A stretch of 64,000 nucleotides of DNA, taken from contig JASMFB010000001.1 of NCBI GenBank assembly GCA_030751995.1, positions 122 through 64,121 on the forward strand. Direction: 5' to 3'. Numbering within the stretch: the first letter of the stretch is position 1; the number at the start of each line of letters is the position of its first letter. A model generated the notes under the pieces. The model was given only the letters and a program-made list of their open reading frames with translations, had not been told where the DNA came from and did no database searches. Positions 62,630 through 64,000 of this stretch are shown here, piece by piece. The stretch is from Candidatus Thalassarchaeaceae archaeon. GTDB taxonomy: Archaea > Thermoplasmatota > Poseidoniia > Poseidoniales > Thalassarchaeaceae. Both the position numbers and the translations under genes were made by a program.

Positions 62630-62645
62630 TATGGGAGGTCGGTCG
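62630..62645 (+). promoter_or_regulatory. TATA-like box (ttcatatat) about 185 nt upstream of the mature 23S 5' end; candidate rRNA promoter
   Basis: It is the only AT-rich element between the last CDS and the rRNA. Hairpins (ccgccccgcgggggagacggggtgg, ccagaatcgacgtttctgg) lie between it and the rRNA start. Confidence 0.3.
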
Positions 62646-62824
62646 GCGAGATGCTCAAAAGTGCACCCAGGTAGCCTTGACTATCTTGGGGAAGAGGTGG
62701 AGACCGTCCCGCCCCGCGGGGGAGACGGGGTGGTCAGAGAAACCAGAATCGACGTTTCTGGACACCAGAGGACTCACACAGATGTGAGTGTGGATAAATT
62801 ACAAATTGATGCTACAACCTGACT

Positions 62825-64000
62825 GGGGGATGGCTCGGCTCGAGAGCTGATGAAGGTCGTGACAAGCTGCGATAAGCTACGGGGAGGCGCATGAATGCCT
62901 TGGATCCGTAGGTCGCCTAATAGGACCTCCTGACGCAAGTCGTCATTCCCAGATATACATGGGAAAGGGAACCCACCGAATTGAAGCATCTTAGTAGGTG
63001 GAGGAAAAGAAATCAAAGAGATTCCGTGATTAGTGGCGAACGAAAACGGAACAGAACAAACCGAATCCCCTTGGGAAACCTTGGGGAGATGTGGGGTTTG
63101 GATCGTCTATTGCCTAAACTCGTGAAGTAGAAGTCGACCTGGAACGGCGCACTACAGAGGGTGAAAGTCCCGTATACGTAACGAACATGGCCAAGTGACG
63201 AATCCAGAGTAGCGTGCGTTGGATATCGCGCGTGAATGTGGGAGGCATAAACTTCCAATTCTAAATACTACTCGAGACCGATAGTTAACAAGTAGAGTGA
63301 TCGAAAGCTGAAAAGTATCCTTGACGGGATGTGAAAAGTACCTGAAACCAGTTAGGAACAGGCTGAGTGGGCGTGAAAGCGATGATATGAGCAGCGTTCA
63401 CTCGTGCGTTTCGAAAAATGCCCCTGGGAGTCTTGATTATTGGCGAGGTTAAGCAGTTAATCTGCGAAGCCGTAGGGAAACCGACAAGTCCGCAGCCCTT
63501 CGGGGTGAGGGACGAGATGTGCTCGTCTGAAGTCAATAGTGGAGAACCTGAAGCCCGACGATCTATGCCTGGCCAGATTGAAGCCCGATGAAAATTGGGT
63601 GGAGGATCGAACAGTTGCTGATGTGCAAATCGCTCTGACGAGCTGGGTATAGGGGTGAAAGTCCAATCGAGTTGGGCAATAGCAGGTTCCGCGCGAGACT
63701 ACTCGTAGGTAGACCTCTGTAGAGACAGATTACGCTGTAGAGCACTGATTGGGTGTTTAGGGAGAGCAATCTCTCGGCATCCTGCCAAACTCCGAAGGTG
63801 TAATCGTCAAAGACGCAGGGAGTGAGCCACGGTGGGTAAGCTACCGTGACGAAAGGTGAACAAACCAGCCTAGTGTTAAGGTCCCAAAATTCCAACTAAA
63901 TGTTAAAGATAAACCGTGTCCGTGGTCGAAGACAACTAGAAGGTGGGCTTAGAAGCAGCCACCCTTGAAAGAGTTCGTAACAGATCACTAGTCAAGCTTG
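62825..64000 (+). rRNA. 23S (large subunit) ribosomal RNA, 5' portion; continues beyond the window end
   Basis: Conserved 23S 5' elements are present: ggatggctcggctcgagagctgatgaaggtcgtgacaagctgcgataagc, ...gaagcatcttagtaggtggaggaaaagaaatcaa, ...gtgaaagtcccgta...gaaaagtacc. The ORFs predicted on the minus strand here are spurious. Confidence 0.85.

Noticed and set aside
62530-62824. Possible tRNA (for example tRNA-Ala) or 16S remnant upstream of the 23S gene
   Set aside because: No cloverleaf with a 7-bp acceptor stem and a GTTC-like T-arm could be folded. The hairpins present look like leader or processing stems instead.
63013-63895. Minus-strand ORFs 63013..63258, 63285..63536, 63457..63666, 63563..63895
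   Set aside because: They fall inside the 23S rRNA gene, where conserved rRNA sequence blocks are present on the plus strand.
1-64000. CRISPR arrays, transposases, integrases and prophage genes
   Set aside because: No regularly spaced direct repeats were seen in the tiny intergenic regions, and no DDE transposase, integrase or recombinase motifs were recognised in any ORF.

Overview
The window reads as archaeal chromosome: it carries an RNase P Rpp21 subunit, archaeal-type GAPDH, class I archaeal GluRS, archaeal PheT, uS15 and an ArcS-like gene with a PC-X3-KPY-X2-S-X2-H motif. Lineage is unresolved. Genes are tightly packed, with start/stop overlaps and tail-to-tail overlapping stop codons. 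About half the window encodes very large secreted or membrane-anchored surface proteins of 600-1900 aa, including two S8 subtilisin-like proteases, a beta-helix protein, a TSP3-repeat beta-propeller protein, PPC/CARDB-domain proteins and an SGNH/esterase protein. Four of these share one layout: signal peptide, giant ectodomain, single C-terminal TM helix, and a short cytoplasmic tail ending in a conserved Pro-rich PGW / G[WY]T.[ED]Q motif. Housekeeping genes present are dnaJ, apt, rps15, gltX, rnhB, pheT, gap, adk, rnp4, a CRM/YhbY protein, pcp, a GT2 glycosyltransferase, and NhaP and ArsB/NhaD-type transporters. The 5' end of a 23S rRNA gene starts at about 62.8 kb and runs to the window end, with no 16S gene upstream. 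Candidate novel material, in order of interest: (1) one reading frame of 1,838 codons, signal peptide through TM anchor, interrupted by a single in-frame TGA; (2) a wHTH-STAND(NB-ARC-like)-TPR NTPase whose stop overlaps a convergent operon of three paralogous archaeal type IV pilin N-domain proteins, preceded by an MBL-fold hydrolase, with no pilus assembly ATPase nearby; (3) the shared cytoplasmic tail motif, PPG[FW]-like, on the giant anchored proteins; (4) recurrent GC-rich UACG-tetraloop hairpins at gene 3' ends. No CRISPR arrays, transposases, integrases or tRNAs were recognised.
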